From NCBI GenBank assembly GCA_030704615.1, contig CM060731.1, positions 1,674,001 through 1,738,000 on the forward strand: a DNA stretch of 64,000 nt. The letters run 5' to 3'. Made by a program: the position numbers and the translations under genes. Shown piece after piece: positions 1-13,989 of this stretch (position 1 is its first letter; every line of letters begins with the position of its first letter). A model generated the notes under the pieces. The model did no database searches. It was given only the letters and a program-made list of their open reading frames with translations, and was not told the origin of the DNA. This DNA comes from Takakia lepidozioides. Taxonomy: Eukaryota > Plantae > Bryophyta.

Positions 1-84
1 CTGGGACGAAAACTTTGAAGTGCAATGTCATCCTGTGAAGTCATATTCATGATTTATGGACTGAGACTTCTCTAATTCACACAG

Positions 85-928
85 AATGATCTAGGGGAGG
101 AGGAGCTGTGCAGCATATACGTTCCCACCAATCACCTCTACATTGGTGACATCTTTCTCATCAACACTCGGGATGTCATTCGTCCAAATTTATCAGTTCG
201 GGAAGGCATTGGTATGCACATTCTCTGTCCCTTGTCCCATAGGATTTTGGTTCTAGTGGCTGAAAACTCTGGAGAAGGTGAGTGTTGGGAATGGCTGTGT
301 ACTAAGGTTTATGCATGCCAACTTTTTGAAGGGATTCTGATGTGAATAATTGATTTCTCTGTCTCTGTCAACTTTCTCTCTCATTTGAAGGGCCACGGTT
401 AAACTATATGTAAGGTAAGCCCCACTATGGGATTCCATCCTGCTTCCCTCTATCCTTCTCCAAATTGGGGACCATGTCTTTAGCCACAAGGTGCACAGTC
501 CAATAAATACATCACTCCCTTTTCTCTTTCTCTCGCAGACCCCACATGATGGGATGAGGGCAAACATGTTGGATTGATTTGATCCAGACAGATTGTACTC
601 AGAAGACGTTGTTTGCCGTAGCCTTGTGGCCATTGATCTAGACAGAGATACTTCCTGAGGTCATCTTGAGATAGCATTGTGAGAAGTCTAATCATGTTTT
701 AAGCCCGTGTGTGTGAAGAAGGTTTGCCGTGATGACGCTTCCCTCAATGCTTGTTACACTCTCTTATTAAGGGAAGGAAATTTTTGTAGTCATCATTCAA
801 TTAAAAGGGGATCTGGTGGGGTGGATGCAGAGATAGTGGTGTCAGGAGGAATGTCCATGCCACAGGTGATCTCTCCAAGAGTTACAGTGGCTCCTGTTGA
901 GAGAAATCGAGCCCTTCCTCCCAGATAG
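85..928 (+). CDS. 3' two exons (85-211, 831-928) of a COV1/LIKE-COV (DUF502) membrane protein gene
   Basis: Spliced at GT-AG it reads NDLGEEELCSIYVPTNHLYIGDIFLINTRDVIRPNLSVREGIE/IVVSGGMSMPQVIS...*, the conserved C-terminus of plant COV1/LCV proteins. Confidence 0.9.
595..636 (-). mobile_element. Short LINE 3'-end fragment in the COV1-like intron
   Basis: Reverse complement of TCAATGGCCACAAGGCTACGGCAAACAACGTCTT(C/A)TGAGTA, also seen at ~53958, ~56448 and ~56537. Confidence 0.75.
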
Positions 929-3916
929 GATAGCCCTTATTCACCAGGCAACTAGGTGGGTCTAGATGGCATGGTTATCAAGCACAGCTATCATTGATGG
1001 TTAAGAGTCTACCTTTATGAAGTGCTGAAAGCTATTTCCACCACTTTGAGTGTTACAAGCAGAGTACCCAAAGATGGGGTCAACATAGTTCTTATTAGCC
1101 TTACATAGAAGACTTTTAAAGAGTCCGGGAATGGAATTAGGGGGGCCTGAACACGGTTTTGGTAAGACAAGGGGGGGTCTTTTGTGTGGTGTAAGCATCA
1201 CAAGGGTGTAGATTCCCCCTCATAGATTGCCCCTCACATAGATAAGTGACATCCTTAGAAGTCTCTATTGTTTGTGCCTATAGAATTTCTAATCTGTCTT
1301 TTGGGAGTTTTTTCCCTTATAGGAATGGCATAAAGGAAAAGTAGTGAGGTGTCCTTCGACTAAAACCCAGCGATGGACTGGACCCCACTGTACCTGCAGT
1401 CTGAGAATCACTGCATGGGTTGTGTCCAGACAGTCTGTCTTTTTCTCATAGGCACGAATTCAGGAGACTGATGGTGACTTTATTGTGCATGGATCACCTA
1501 CCCTGAGGTGAAGTCATTGTGGAAGCTTCTGCAATTACATTGGGATTTGTCATCACGGACGGAGCTTGCCTTGTGTGCAGAGCCAACAAATTCTGTGGAG
1601 TGTGCTCTATAAATGTCTAAACGGTAAAGCTTTCCTTATTGAAACCAGGTTTTAGAGAAAATTTGTCTGAGGAGGGCATTCTCCTACGGAGGCAAAGAGA
1701 TAGGTTTAAAGTTTCTTTGTTCCCCTTAACTATTCCTGTGAACAAGAGCTAATTCCTTCCTTTGCTGTTTCCAAGTTGTTTTCCAAGTACGACAGGAAGG
1801 GTCAATATCCATGGGACTCGCTACTATACACCCTCTTCTCAACAGGGAGAGGGCCTTTTGGGCAATCACTGGCGAGAGCTGCACTTTGGGCCCCTTATGA
1901 TTTGCACCGTTTGTGGATCCTTCAGGCAAAGGGACCTGGTGTGTCCAACTTTGAGTATGGGGTGGTAACCTCTTCCAAATCTTAGTCTGAATTGATATTG
2001 TTGTTTGGTCAAAAGCGTCTATACATATGCTTGGAGGCCATCAACCCAGCTCTGAAGTCTGAAGGTTTCTGTGGGGCCTTACTTGAAAGCATGCAACACC
2101 CAACACCAACAACTTTGACAACATAAAAGAGTGGTAGACTCCAATCCAACCTTGAAGTCAATTGAATTTGACCGCAGACCGATGATTCATCCTTCTACCA
2201 CCTCTGCTTGAACATACCATGGATGTGAAATTGCAAATGAGTTCATGGACGAACTGCAGCACCATTACTTTCCTCCATTACTTTCTTGGTATGACTTATC
2301 CTCCTTAGGGCCAACTTCCATGTATTGGCAGCCTGCCAAGTTGGCACTAGATGACAAAAATGATGACTTGCTTCCATGCCGCGAGCAATACCTGGGAATT
2401 TGGAATTTGGTGCCAGAGTTCATGGCCTAAATCGGCAATCACTTTTCACCTGTTGTACTGGGTTACCATGTCTCCTCTACCTGCTGTGAAGGTCACCTTT
2501 GTGCACATTGCTCATTATTGCTCATTTTTGCTCATTTTTGCTCATTTCTCTTTACTCTGGGGACCACCCTTTGCCTCAATTGGTCCGGACCTTGGACAGC
2601 GATGCAGACCTATTGCGGGATTATTTTTGAACTCTATGCACATAAAAACAACCATCCATGCCACCAGTCGGCCATGCTCCACTGACTTGGCCCGATTTGG
2701 CCGAGACATGGAAGTTGACCCTTAGCCCCTTCAATGTATGATTTCTATATAGTACATTCAGTGTATACAGCTACACAGTTCTAACAAGGTCTCTCAGCCT
2801 AACATCTCAACTGCCAGGTATGTGGACCTCCGATCAACTTACTTTCTGGTCAGTGCTCCTACCCTCTAGCAATCAAATAGCTGGAATTGAAATGTGACTC
2901 AGGCTTCACTCTCAGATCTTCCATTGGAGCTGAGAGGTTCAGCCGGCCCCGCCTCTCCGGAAAGATCCAACTTGTTGTTTCTCCTACTTTGTGGTGCTCT
3001 TCTTCCCAAATTTTTTTGTTGCTCCATTGTTGTTCGTACACTGGGCGGTACTGTCACCCCAGCATATGAGATTTGTGTCTGGTGTAACTTCTTCTCAGCA
3101 CATTTGATACAGTCAAATTTTGTGACACCAAGTGGGAGTTTCACCGATTGGAGTGACACTCCCTTCAGTGTCACCCCATTGTGTGTCACTCTCGAGAGGG
3201 GGTGGGGGATTTGACATGCCGAAACCAAGTACTATGCTGTCAGAGATTTTAATCAGAGATTCTGGAGGACCTTGAATTTCGTAATTTTTCCACTTTCCCT
3301 GATACGCTGTTCAGCCCATGTGCTCAACCTTCATTGGTATAAAGTTATCATCTGGGTCAGCTCCTCCTCTGATGCGTGGTGGGATAGTCATTGTATGGGT
3401 TTCTATGTTTCTCCCAGCATAAACTGGTGCCCAGTTGTTGGCAGATTCCTGGGTATCCTCTATGAGCTCCTGGGCTGGATCTTGTTGGTATTCTATGACA
3501 CCTAGCCAAATTTGGAGCTCGGCCTCGTAGTTTTACTAGTTGATTTTAGTGAAAATTATTTTATGAAAGTAAATGTTTGTGATAAATTCCTTTGTTTTTG
3601 AAAAAAAAGGGAAACACTCCAGCGACCATCATCTATGGATTGTTTGTAGTCCGGGCACATTTGAGGGTGTATTTGACATAAATAATCTCAATTTTGAGTG
3701 CCTGTTGTTGGCAAGACGTGAAAAGTCATCTCTCTCTAGGCTACTTTTAGTATATCCAACCTTTGCTTTGATCCATACACTTGGGTATATTATATGCTTC
3801 ATTCTCAATCTACAAACAACGATATCATTCATATTGCCCATCCTTGAACAGTAAACCCTAGCGGAACACACTAACACAATGCACCTCCGACAACCCCATA
3901 CATACTAGACAACTCT

Positions 3917-4150
3917 TCATTGTCATCAACAGAAGCTGAGTACATGTCCATTACAGAAGCAGCAAAAGATGCTATTTGGTTACGGAAGTTGCTTGGAGAT
4001 TTGGGTCATCTCCAGTCACTACCTACAACTCTCTTTTGTGACAATCAAAGTGCGATTGCACTAAGTTAGAATCCGAAGTATCATTCAAGGACGAAGCACA
4101 TTGAAGTGCAACATCACTACATACAGGAAGTTGTATGCAAAGGAGAGATT
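3917..4150 (+). mobile_element. Ty1/Copia RNase H fragment (degenerate)
   Basis: Translates SLSSTEAEYMSITEAAKDAIWLRKLLGDLG...TLFCDNQSAIALS*NPKYHSRTKHIEVQHHYIQE, with one in-frame stop. Confidence 0.9.
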
Positions 4151-5244
4151 GGAGCAGGAAACTCTAGTACAACTAAGGGGAGAAGAATGCACGTGCCTGT
4201 CAGCCAGTGTGCAGGCGCCACATCACATGCCCATCATCCTTACACTAAGCCCTAAACCCACCATGTTGGATGACCACTAAGCCATCATTTCAATAATTAT
4301 AATTACTTATATAACTATGTCATATATATAAACTATATACATATCCTAACCCTATACATATGCTGTCCTGATATGGGGTCACAAATAGGAAGATGTAACC
4401 ACCCCAAAAGTGTGGGGTACTACCCTTGACCAGGTAGCAAACTCCTAGGTTAACAGGGTGTATATATGAAATCCGGTCGTTCGTTCGTGTGTTGTGTTTT
4501 TGTCTATCTTTGAGTGAGCCTACAACTTGTAATTAGCAAACCAGGTTATATGATTATTAGGAAATATGCAACATGAAATCATTCACTTCAATAAATCCTT
4601 CGAGGGGCACCAGTTCAGTGGGTCGGAATGTTGTAGACTTGTAGTCCTTATGGCCTGGTTTGTTAGATTTCTCCCCTCCTTTAAGGACGCAAATTGTGAG
4701 CCAGTTTGGCTCCTAGAGTTTCCCTGTTTTGACCAAATCCAACTAGTCCCATGATCTTGTTAGTGTGTAAGAGCAATAGAGGGACAAACACAAAGATAAT
4801 GTACACGGAATGTCTCAATGAAAGGACAGAGAAACCGTTGTAAGCAAATAAATGAGTTCAACATATGCAATAGACTCAGCAAGAAGAGAGAACAATGCAC
4901 ATGAAGAAATTCAACATACTTGGCTCTTTATTTAGGATGCCAATTGGTGGAGCGGAACAAACTGTTTTGATCATGCACTCATCCCTTTGTGGGTAAACCA
5001 GTCCTAAGGTTTACCATTGGGGGAATGCGAGATGAGGATTGGACGCACATGTGTTTTTAAAAAAAGTGGCTTCCATGATCATTTTTTCATTCATTTTTTC
5101 TTTGTAGAACCATAGAGGTGTTGAGAGGCTTGAAGGGACGCGCATGTGTTTTTTAAACTTCTGTGATTAGGGGGTTTGCATTATAGCTGAGGAAACTGGC
5201 AGATGATTATTTGATTGACTGGTTGGTAAAACAAGTGCTCATGA

Positions 5245-5744
5245 NNNNNNNNNNNNNNNNNNNNNNNNNNNNNNNNNNNNNNNNNNNNNNNNNNNNNNNN
5301 NNNNNNNNNNNNNNNNNNNNNNNNNNNNNNNNNNNNNNNNNNNNNNNNNNNNNNNNNNNNNNNNNNNNNNNNNNNNNNNNNNNNNNNNNNNNNNNNNNNN
5401 NNNNNNNNNNNNNNNNNNNNNNNNNNNNNNNNNNNNNNNNNNNNNNNNNNNNNNNNNNNNNNNNNNNNNNNNNNNNNNNNNNNNNNNNNNNNNNNNNNNN
5501 NNNNNNNNNNNNNNNNNNNNNNNNNNNNNNNNNNNNNNNNNNNNNNNNNNNNNNNNNNNNNNNNNNNNNNNNNNNNNNNNNNNNNNNNNNNNNNNNNNNN
5601 NNNNNNNNNNNNNNNNNNNNNNNNNNNNNNNNNNNNNNNNNNNNNNNNNNNNNNNNNNNNNNNNNNNNNNNNNNNNNNNNNNNNNNNNNNNNNNNNNNNN
5701 NNNNNNNNNNNNNNNNNNNNNNNNNNNNNNNNNNNNNNNNNNNN
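5245..5744. other. Assembly gap (500 N)
   Basis: Run of N. Confidence 0.99.
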
Positions 5745-5849
5745 CTGATCATTGTTTCTCTTCTTGCTGGGCTGCACCTGATGTCACCTTACTTGCCTAG
5801 GTTCTCTTGCAAGCTGTCCTTCTGTTGTAGTAATAATTCTCAGTAGAAT

Positions 5850-8200
5850 GGTTATCCAGTTTAGCAGATAGTACAGTGTTTCTCCTTCATGTTGCATTCC
5901 GTGGTGGTATGGCCTGTCATTCTGGCACTCTTGCACACCATACAATCCGTCCGCAAATTGTTGCAGCTCTGTGGCATACTTCTTCAGATTTCTTCCAAAT
6001 CTTTTTCATAGTTATCCTCTTCAACTTCTCCTTTCTCTTACTCTTCCTTTTTAGTTCTTGCTCTTCTTCTTCATCTGACTCATCCTCAGAGTCCTCATCA
6101 TCCCCTTTTCTCTCCTGAGCATTCCAATTGCTCAATTCTGTTTGCAGTTTCAAATGCCTCCTCCACTGTATTATGGTCCCATATCCACTTTCTCTTTTGC
6201 AACTCGGATTAGTCCACTCACAAACCAAGTCTTCTGTAAACCGGTGGCTGGTACTGCACCCAGCTTTTTTCATCAATCAATTCCATCTTTTCCATTACTC
6301 CTCAACAGTTTCATGCTTCTTTTGCTTTAACTATTGTAAACTTCCATACACTTCATCCTCAGTTTTACTTGTCCTGACCCTATTTCGGAATGCTGTATTC
6401 AAAGCCATTCCAGGTTAGGAATGATGATACAGGAACCTTCATACCATTCACTTGCTTTCTTGATAAGTGAACAAGGAAACAATCTCATCTTGGCATCATA
6501 TCACGCCATTCTCATTGTTCACTATCCACATGTGCTCAATTGGCTAATGTGTACATCGGGATCCCTTTTTCCTGAATATATTGGAAAGGGTGGTTTGCCC
6601 GTGTTGGTTTAACGCCATCTGTGGCCCTACCCTTCTGCCCACATGACAGGTGCTGGCACCCTTGCTGGTGCTGGTCCTTCTGGACCTGTTGGTTTTTGTG
6701 GTGGATCTTCCACCAAGTGGTGGCCCCTTGCGCACTCCCTGCTACTTACTCTCCGGACCCACGATATTTCACAGTATTCCCAGCTTAGTTGCACTACTTC
6801 CCACACTCCCTGTCCCCCAGAGCCAGATCCCCTCCTGATCCCCCTAAGCCGACCCCTTTCGTTGGCCTGTGGATCTAGTGCTCCACTTGATCCGGTCCAC
6901 GGGTTTGGGATGTCCTGTTGTAGTCTCAACCTCAACTGTTGGGTCGCTTCTTCATATCCTTCCTCTTCCAATTTTCTCTCTCTGTGTTCATCCTTCAATT
7001 TTCTGCCCTTGGGTTTCTTCTTCACTCATGTAACTCAACTGCAATTGGTGTTGGAGAGTCTGAACTCTCCGTTGGCTCTGCCACATCCTCTCCTCCTTCT
7101 TCACCTTCCCTTCAGAAACGGAGTTCCTGCTTTTGGTGTTCCATGCCACTTTTATCAAAGATTTCTGTCAAATCCTTTCATCCAGGGATGTACCTCAGAT
7201 CTTTCACACCTCGTGATTGATCTTCTTCCTGTAACCAATTCCCTTAATCTTTCTTGCAAAGAACAGAAGGAGTGGCATCCAACTCTAGTTCTTCCCGGTA
7301 TGGGTGATGTACTCTTTGATCTAATGGTGTGAGAGGTCCAGATGATTCCCCTATGTCTATTCCTCTCTCCCAAAGATATGGATAATTAGCTTTCAGATAG
7401 CTTTCTCTTTTTGCTGAATATCTTTGGCGTCTAGCTTCTCTTTCATCACTCATGTCCATGTCTTTCATTTCTTTTAATGTGGCAATAACCAAAACTCTCT
7501 TCTGTAATATCTCTCGTATATGCCTGGGTTTCTTTCAAGCTTCAATGCACCCTTGGCTATACTTGAAGTCTCCGTTACCATATAACCATATGGCAAACAA
7601 GTCTGGAAAGCTGTTCTTGGTGTGAGTTTGATCCAAAAATATCCTTGGAATCCAATTCTTTACCAGTACAAGCTCTTCATGCATATGAGTGTACATTCAC
7701 TTTTTCTTTTCTTTCCGCTCCCAGCCTCAAACTCTACTCGCTGAATGGATAGCAATGCTTTTACCTATACCATGTTGGTAAACCAACGTGCTCTTCTCTA
7801 ACAGGCCCCTGATAAATCTTTATCATCCTTTCTCCAGACCCCACTCAGGGTCAGCATCATGCACTCTCTTAAGAATGTTTTCTTTACAACCGTCTGGCAA
7901 TTCCAAAAACCTCTGGAAGAATTGTTTGGACAATCTTTCCTTCTCAGTTTTACAGGGAATTTGATTCACATCAAATTCTTTAATTCTCCAACCACCATGA
8001 TCCCACCAGATGCCTGTCACATCTGGTTGTTCATGACCCAGTTCCCCAGTATGGTCGCCAAATGTCGCGCGGCTTTTACTCACCCATCCCTTCGCTATCC
8101 GAGGTGGAAACTCCAAGATGGAAGAGTTGGAAATCTCCATGTACTCAGCCCGCTCAGAACAATCAGTCATGACCTACAGCTAGTGTATCATGGGGGTGTT
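5850..8200 (-). pseudogene. Degenerate long ORF of unknown type, probably TE-associated (charged/acidic tracts)
   Basis: Successive broken minus-strand frames (7823-8170, 7244-7492, 6627-7025, 5917-6276) with protein-like composition; no recognisable domain; lies next to an LTR-like repeat. Confidence 0.35.
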
Positions 8201-8227
8201 TCCTATTTGTTTTCCTTCCCGCATTCA

Positions 8228-8959
8228 TGTTAGCTACCTTACTATTGATAATTAAGTATTTGTTTGCTTCATCAATCTATCGGATTCCATCAACTCATCC
8301 ATTCATTCCACAGCTTCACTCAGATCTCTCTACACAGTGTGAGTATGAAGTGTGTATCAGATTAATATCTATCAAGTATAGGCTACTAAAGTCATAGTGT
8401 CTCTAATCTACTCTACATTACAATTCTATAGCTTGCTTCCATTAAGCATCTCAGATCATCCTCCTCCTACTCCGTGCTCTCCCTCTTTCTGCCCAAAGAT
8501 ACGCTCTCTGCCCCATTTCCCCTCCGTGATGTCCGAAGTTTCCTTCCCCCAAGAAGCGCCCAAGAATCATTTTTCTCCCAGTCCTTGCTTCCCGCTTTAT
8601 TCCTACCGTTGGTTCTAACCGTTTCCCTCACTAACCGTCGTCCGTGAAACTAACATGTTCCATTCGCAGGTGTTGTTCCCCACAGTCGTTCCCTGTCCTG
8701 CTATCCGTTCCCTATGGTCCTGACAGTTGTGTCAAGCTGTGACTGGCTGTGTGAAACTGTGACGGGCTGTGACTGGCTGTGTGGCTGTGTCGGCTGTGAC
8801 AACTGTGTTGGCTGTGACGGCTGTGACGGGCTGTGTAACCCCCCTCTAAAGTGCGCTGCTGTCACCCCTAAGGCTCCTGTTGGTCTCAGTCTGTGCAAAA
8901 ATTAAGGGTACCCCCACAGATCCCGTATAAGTGTCTAAGTCCCAGACAGTCCTCTAACA
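8228..8959. mobile_element. LTR-like repeat, family B, copy 1
   Basis: 8545-8959 is highly similar to 31896-32374; ends ...CTCTAACA; a possible matching start TGTTAG lies at 8228 (left boundary uncertain, no TSD); contains GGCTGTGAC-type short repeats. Confidence 0.6.
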
Positions 8960-9430
8960 AAGCACCCCAGTCTGTGATGAAAGCTGTCTTTCCCTGGTCT
9001 TCTTCTGCCACTTGCACTTGGTTATACCCACTGAAACCATCCATGAATGAGTACATCTCATGACTTGCCACAGTGTCCAGTACCGCTTCTGTGAATGGCA
9101 AAGGGAAATGATCTTTCTTTGTACAAGCATTCAATTTCTTATAATTCACACAAACTCTCAGTTTACCATTCTTCTTGGGAACTATCACAATGGGTGACAA
9201 CCAAGTTGTATACTCTATCGGGTATATAAACTTAGCCTCATCCAACTTCTTGATCTCTTCCCCAACCTTCTGTGCATAGTTGGGATTCATTCTGTACCTT
9301 GCCTATTTGATTAGTACTAACCCTAGTTCTGGTTCAATCTTATGCTGACAGATCTCAGGTGGTATCCCTTTCAGATCCTCATAGCTCCAAGCAAATACAT
9401 CTCTGCATTTGATGAACATACTCTTAGCAT
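8960..9430 (-). mobile_element. Non-chromovirus Ty3/gypsy (Athila/Tat-like) reverse transcriptase fragment
   Basis: DVFAWSYEDLKGIPPEICQHKI...WLSPIVIVPKKNGKLRVCVNYKKLN...FMDGFSGYNQV...KTAFITDWG; cut by LTR-B at 8959. Confidence 0.9.
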
Positions 9431-9446
9431 GAAAAACACAATGAGG

Positions 9447-10150
9447 TCCGAAAATGGCTAAGTCCCTGAACGGCAATAGGGCCTGGAACTGGAAAACGGC
9501 GCCGAATTTCCAGTTCAGGGCCAACCAGTCTAGGGACTTAGCCCGAAAATGGCTAAGTCCCCGGACAGCAATAGGGCCTAGAACTGGAAAACGGCGCCGA
9601 ATTTCCAGTTCCGGGCCAGCCACCCTAGGGACTTAGCACGAAAATGGCTAAGTCCCTGGACGGCAATAGGGCCTAGAACTGGAAAACGGCGCCGAATTTC
9701 CAGCCGGCCAGCCACCCTAGGGACTTAGCCCGAAAATGGCTAAGTCCCTGAACAGCAATAGGGCCTACAACTGGAAAATGGCGCCGAATTTCCACTTCAG
9801 GGCCAGCCAGTCTAGGGACTTAGCCCAAAAATGGCTAAGTCCCTGAACGGCAATAGGGCATGGAACTGGAAAATGGCGCCGAATTTCCAGTTCAGGGCCA
9901 GCCAGTCTAGGGACTTAGCCCGAAAATGGCTAAGTCCCTGGACGGCAATAGGGCCTAGAACTGGAAAACGGCGCCGAATTTAAAGTTCCGGGCCAGCCAC
10001 CCTAGGGACTTAGACCGAAAATGGCTAAGTCCCTGGACGGCAATAGGGCCTGGAACTGGAAAATGGCGCCGAATTTCCAGTTCCGGGCCAGCCAGTCTAG
10101 GGACTTAGCCATTTTCGGAGCCCTGACTGGAAATTCGGCGCCATTTTCCC
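9447..10150. repeat. Tandem array of seven ~95-bp units with a GGAAAAYGGCGCCGAATTTCC core
   Basis: Cores at 9491, 9586, 9681, 9773, 9868, 9963, 10058 and an inverted core at 10129; each unit also has the inverted pair GGCTAAGTCCCT/AGGGACTTAGCC. Confidence 0.95.
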
Positions 10151-10217
10151 TAACACCACTTGAGGCCTCTAACATCCTGAAATGCCAGGACTTTAAAGAA
10201 AGGCAGCGCGTATGTAC

Positions 10218-12359
10218 CTGTACAGAAGGCGCATTGCTGCTTTGTCTGCGTTCGGCTGGTCGGTGAACTCGTGGCTCCGGCGAGCATCTGCTATCTCCCG
10301 AAAAAATAGGTTGGTTTTGTAGAGTAGAAAGTACCTCGTCACATAGTCACGTAGGCTCTCTGCTGCAGGAGATATCTCCATCTTGAACTGATGTGCTTGT
10401 GTGTCCAGCTGCTCTTGCGCATTCGTCATCACCTGTGGAGATTGTCCATCAGATCGCTTTCCTCAAAAAATACAATGAATCCACCCCCTACTAGAGTAGA
10501 AGCCCCAAACGAAGCGTGGGGAAGTACCTGAAACCACCATGTCATGCGGTTCATCCACATGTCGAATGTGGGGTCAGAGAGTTTGTCCGTTTGGGGAAGC
10601 TCCACATGTCCCTGGTACTTTGGGAACCATTCCAGATTTGGAGCCACCGGGTCTGTCCAACACACCAGCATATTCGTAAGCGCCAAACACCACAAAAAGG
10701 AGTTGTTGCCACCACAATTTTGTTAAGAATGTATCACCTTTTCTGTTGCATCCACACAGGATGTGGCTAGACGATGGAGCTTCTCCAATGTCATCGTGGG
10801 CTTCAGAGCGCGAGAGTAGTGCTTCCCCACCTCCACCAGAAAGTCGGCACAAGGCCGGATCAGCTATGGCCACGTACTTTACCATCCGCGACTTGTACTT
10901 TATGCGGGCCCTCACCTCCGCAGCTTTGACATACGATTCGAGTTCCGGGAGGGTTGGATTCTTCTCCTCTGACTCCATTGTAGAACCTCCGCGCATGTGC
11001 CAAATCCTGCTGTATTTTCGTCTGTCAAGAATGCGCACATAAGATTAGAGATCCTGCTCAACACAATTTCTTCTATTGGGGGAGGAGAGACAGATTAGCT
11101 CAACAAAACTGTCAGGAGCTTTACCCGAAATATATAGTCCACCATGGCGTCAACGCTCAACCTATACCAGGTTCTGTCTGCCTTTGCCTCCGACTTGCGC
11201 AGGAGGTCGGCACTGAGGGAATTGGCAAACTCTTGCACCCCCTGCTTCCCGACATCCTTCACTCGGAAGAGCATATGGGACAAGTTGGTGGCAATGAAGG
11301 CATTCTCAGTCACCCTGCAGTGCCACATTTCCATCAAACAATACTGAAATGGGAATTTTCATCATATATGAGGATTCGCAATGAAATGACTTCCAAATTC
11401 AAAGTCCAAAAGCGAGAGGGGTTGTAGCTTACGAGTTGATGTCGGCCATTGCAGCTTTGAGAAGACTGCGATCTTTGGCCCCGCAACCTTCAGCACAACA
11501 CAATCCACGGCGAAATGCCAATCGAGGTCGTTGGGGTGGGCTTGGGCAATGTGCTCCATCCATGCCAGGAGGCGATGATTGCCGTCCCACACGTAGAACA
11601 TCTTACCGGACAAGTGCTGGAAAAGAGGATCACTAGCAATCGATCTCTCGAACTCCTCATTTCGCGTTTGCCAATGGGGACCCCATTTGTCCACCTCATC
11701 GGAAGTGTGGGCACGGGAAGCTCCGTGGTCGTTCTCAATGGAAACGTAAAAGGCGGCAGACCCCATTCGATATCCATCCGGAAAGAGAATTTCAGCTTGT
11801 CGATATCGCCTGGGAGGGCAGGTCTCACCACCTGCAATGACACCAAGCGGCAAAGGGGATTCGAAGCTTGGCCGGGTACACCATGCCCCCCAGCACCCTG
11901 CCAATGTTGCTGTGGGTTGCCTCCAACATCTTGGCAGCGGCCAACTTCATATCCACCTCAGACATGACGTCTGTTGCAGAGGGGTTTTCCGGCAGCCCAC
12001 CAGGACCGCCCAAATCCAGCCTGTATGCTCCGGGTTTGGGGCCTGGGGATGTCCGGGAGGATGTCATCCTGGTCAGAAAGCTCCCTGTCGTCCTCCTCAA
12101 CAGGGTCAGCCACTGCGGAAACCACCTCCAGCACTCTCCCGTCTCTACTGCCCTCCCTGGCTTCACCTGGAACTTGCAATCCGTGCTCTTTCAGGTGTTC
12201 TTTCCTCTCCTCCACTCTCCACCGTATGGGTAATTGCGGGGGTGCTCTTGCCCGCGATGGTCTAACCGGTGTGTTACTGCCTCTCTGTGGTGTCTTGGAT
12301 GGATCCACCGTCTTTGTGCGTCCCTCGCTTACATTGGCATCTGTCATTTGGGCACCCCT
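10218..12359 (-). pseudogene. ParB/Srx-like domain gene of copy 1 (intron-containing, frameshifted, 3' methyltransferase half absent)
   Basis: LQVVRPALPGDIDKLKF...GSAAFYV...GKMFYVWDGNHRLLAW (GxxRxxA arginine patch); later exons (RVTENA..., KYKSRMVKYVAIADPAL, WMNRMTWWFQ) are collinear with the gene at 40969-47960. Confidence 0.75.
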
Positions 12360-13084
12360 TGTCGCACACCTCAGTTCGGTAAACTCCCCTTCAAGTCATA
12401 GTTACTCGCTTTGATGCGCGCGCCTGACTCCCAACCTGGCCGCCGGGCCAACTTGGAGTTTCGGCTGCTCACCGGGACATAACGGTCCCCTTCCGCTTCC
12501 CTCTAAACCCTCCACCTATTTGGGACTAGGAGAATTCCCTTTGGTAGATGGCAGTCCGGAACAGCTCCCCACTCTTTGGTCGCTTTCCGGCTCGCTCGCT
12601 TACTCACTAGTTTTTGGTCACCAACGGGCTTGCACCGTTCTCGGGGTTACTACTCCCTATATATACTTCTGTAGCTGTCCGCGGGGGTTTCATAACCAGC
12701 CATGCCATTTTATGGCGAACCACCACGAAAACCCTCGACTCCCGGTGGTGAGTCGCGGTGAGTCTTGGCCCACTCACCGCGGCCCCAATGGACCGTGATG
12801 AGTCCCAAGACTCCCCACGACTCCCACCTCGAGGTCTCCACCCCATGGTGAGTCCTATGCCACCCCCACTAAGTCCCACTAAGCTACCACCACCCTTGTG
12901 GAGCCACCTCCACCGCAACCCGGTGTGCGGGGCTCCACCTAGTGAGCGCCTCCGCCTCCTTGAGTGCCTTTGGGCACTCAAGGTGCTTCAGCCCCCATAC
13001 CTATCGCTGCTGCCCGCGCCCCCACCACAGGGGCAGCCCCTCATGTGTCCCGACCCCCTGCCCTCAAGGCAAAGGGCCGCGACA
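12360..13084 (-). repeat. 3' LTR of chromovirus copy 1
   Basis: Near-identical to 18601-19325. Confidence 0.95.
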
Positions 13085-13989
13085 CACACCCCTACCAACA
13101 GGGAGTCGATGTCCTCATCGACTTGTCCATTTTGTAGAAACGAACATCCAAGTTGTGGCGTCCCACATCAAGGAGTTTGTTTCCGTACCATGGCGTCCCA
13201 TGGCAAAGAACCAAACCCCACACTTGACTCCACTCTCCACTAGCTAGTTCGGCCGACTTCCTCCAAGTCCCGGCCAAGGGTGGAGCCTCTCCAGCTCCTC
13301 CCAGTGCACCTTCTTGGCCTACTTCAAGGCCAAGGAACGATCCTCCCCGAGGATCGAATCGCCTTACTGCAACAACATTGCTTGCGATCGCTCATGATGC
13401 CGCTTTTGGCATCACCTTGAGCAAGGGTTCACCTGGAACCCTCTTTGACTAGGAAGATAACCTTGAATCAACCGTGCGCCCCAATCACTACAATTGGGTC
13501 CGCCTTGGAATGCTGGCCTGAGGTACGGGAACAACGCCGAAGCCGCACTACGACTTCGTCCCGAGGCTACACGATTATAGTACGTGAACGGAAGCACGTA
13601 GCTTCCGCGTTAGCCCGCACTACAAGGCAACCCCCTCGGTAGCGCAGTTATAGTACGCGCACGCGCCAGGTGCGCACTAGCACTTGAACTCCCAAATAAG
13701 GCGCAAGTTTCCTTGCCCCTTGGATGGGAGTCACCCGATTTCGGCACTGCGCAAACACACGATTAACCCAATTTACCTCTCCCACTTTTGTAAGCTAGCA
13801 TGCATTCTACACACCAGCCAACCACACCATGCATCACCATTCCAAACACAATAGGACGCACAATATTTGGAACCCATTTCCTTTATCACAAATTTTGTAC
13901 AATACAAGTTTTTGCAATCGGATTCCTGAGCTAGCTAAACCGGGCTAAGCATGCATTTCCTCCCCACGCTCCAAGGTTGATGTCCCCAT

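Noticed and set aside
1100-3850. Possible LINE or transposase remnant
   Set aside because: No diagnostic motif recognised in any frame I translated
5181-5846. ORFs of 180-210 aa
   Set aside because: They span the N gap
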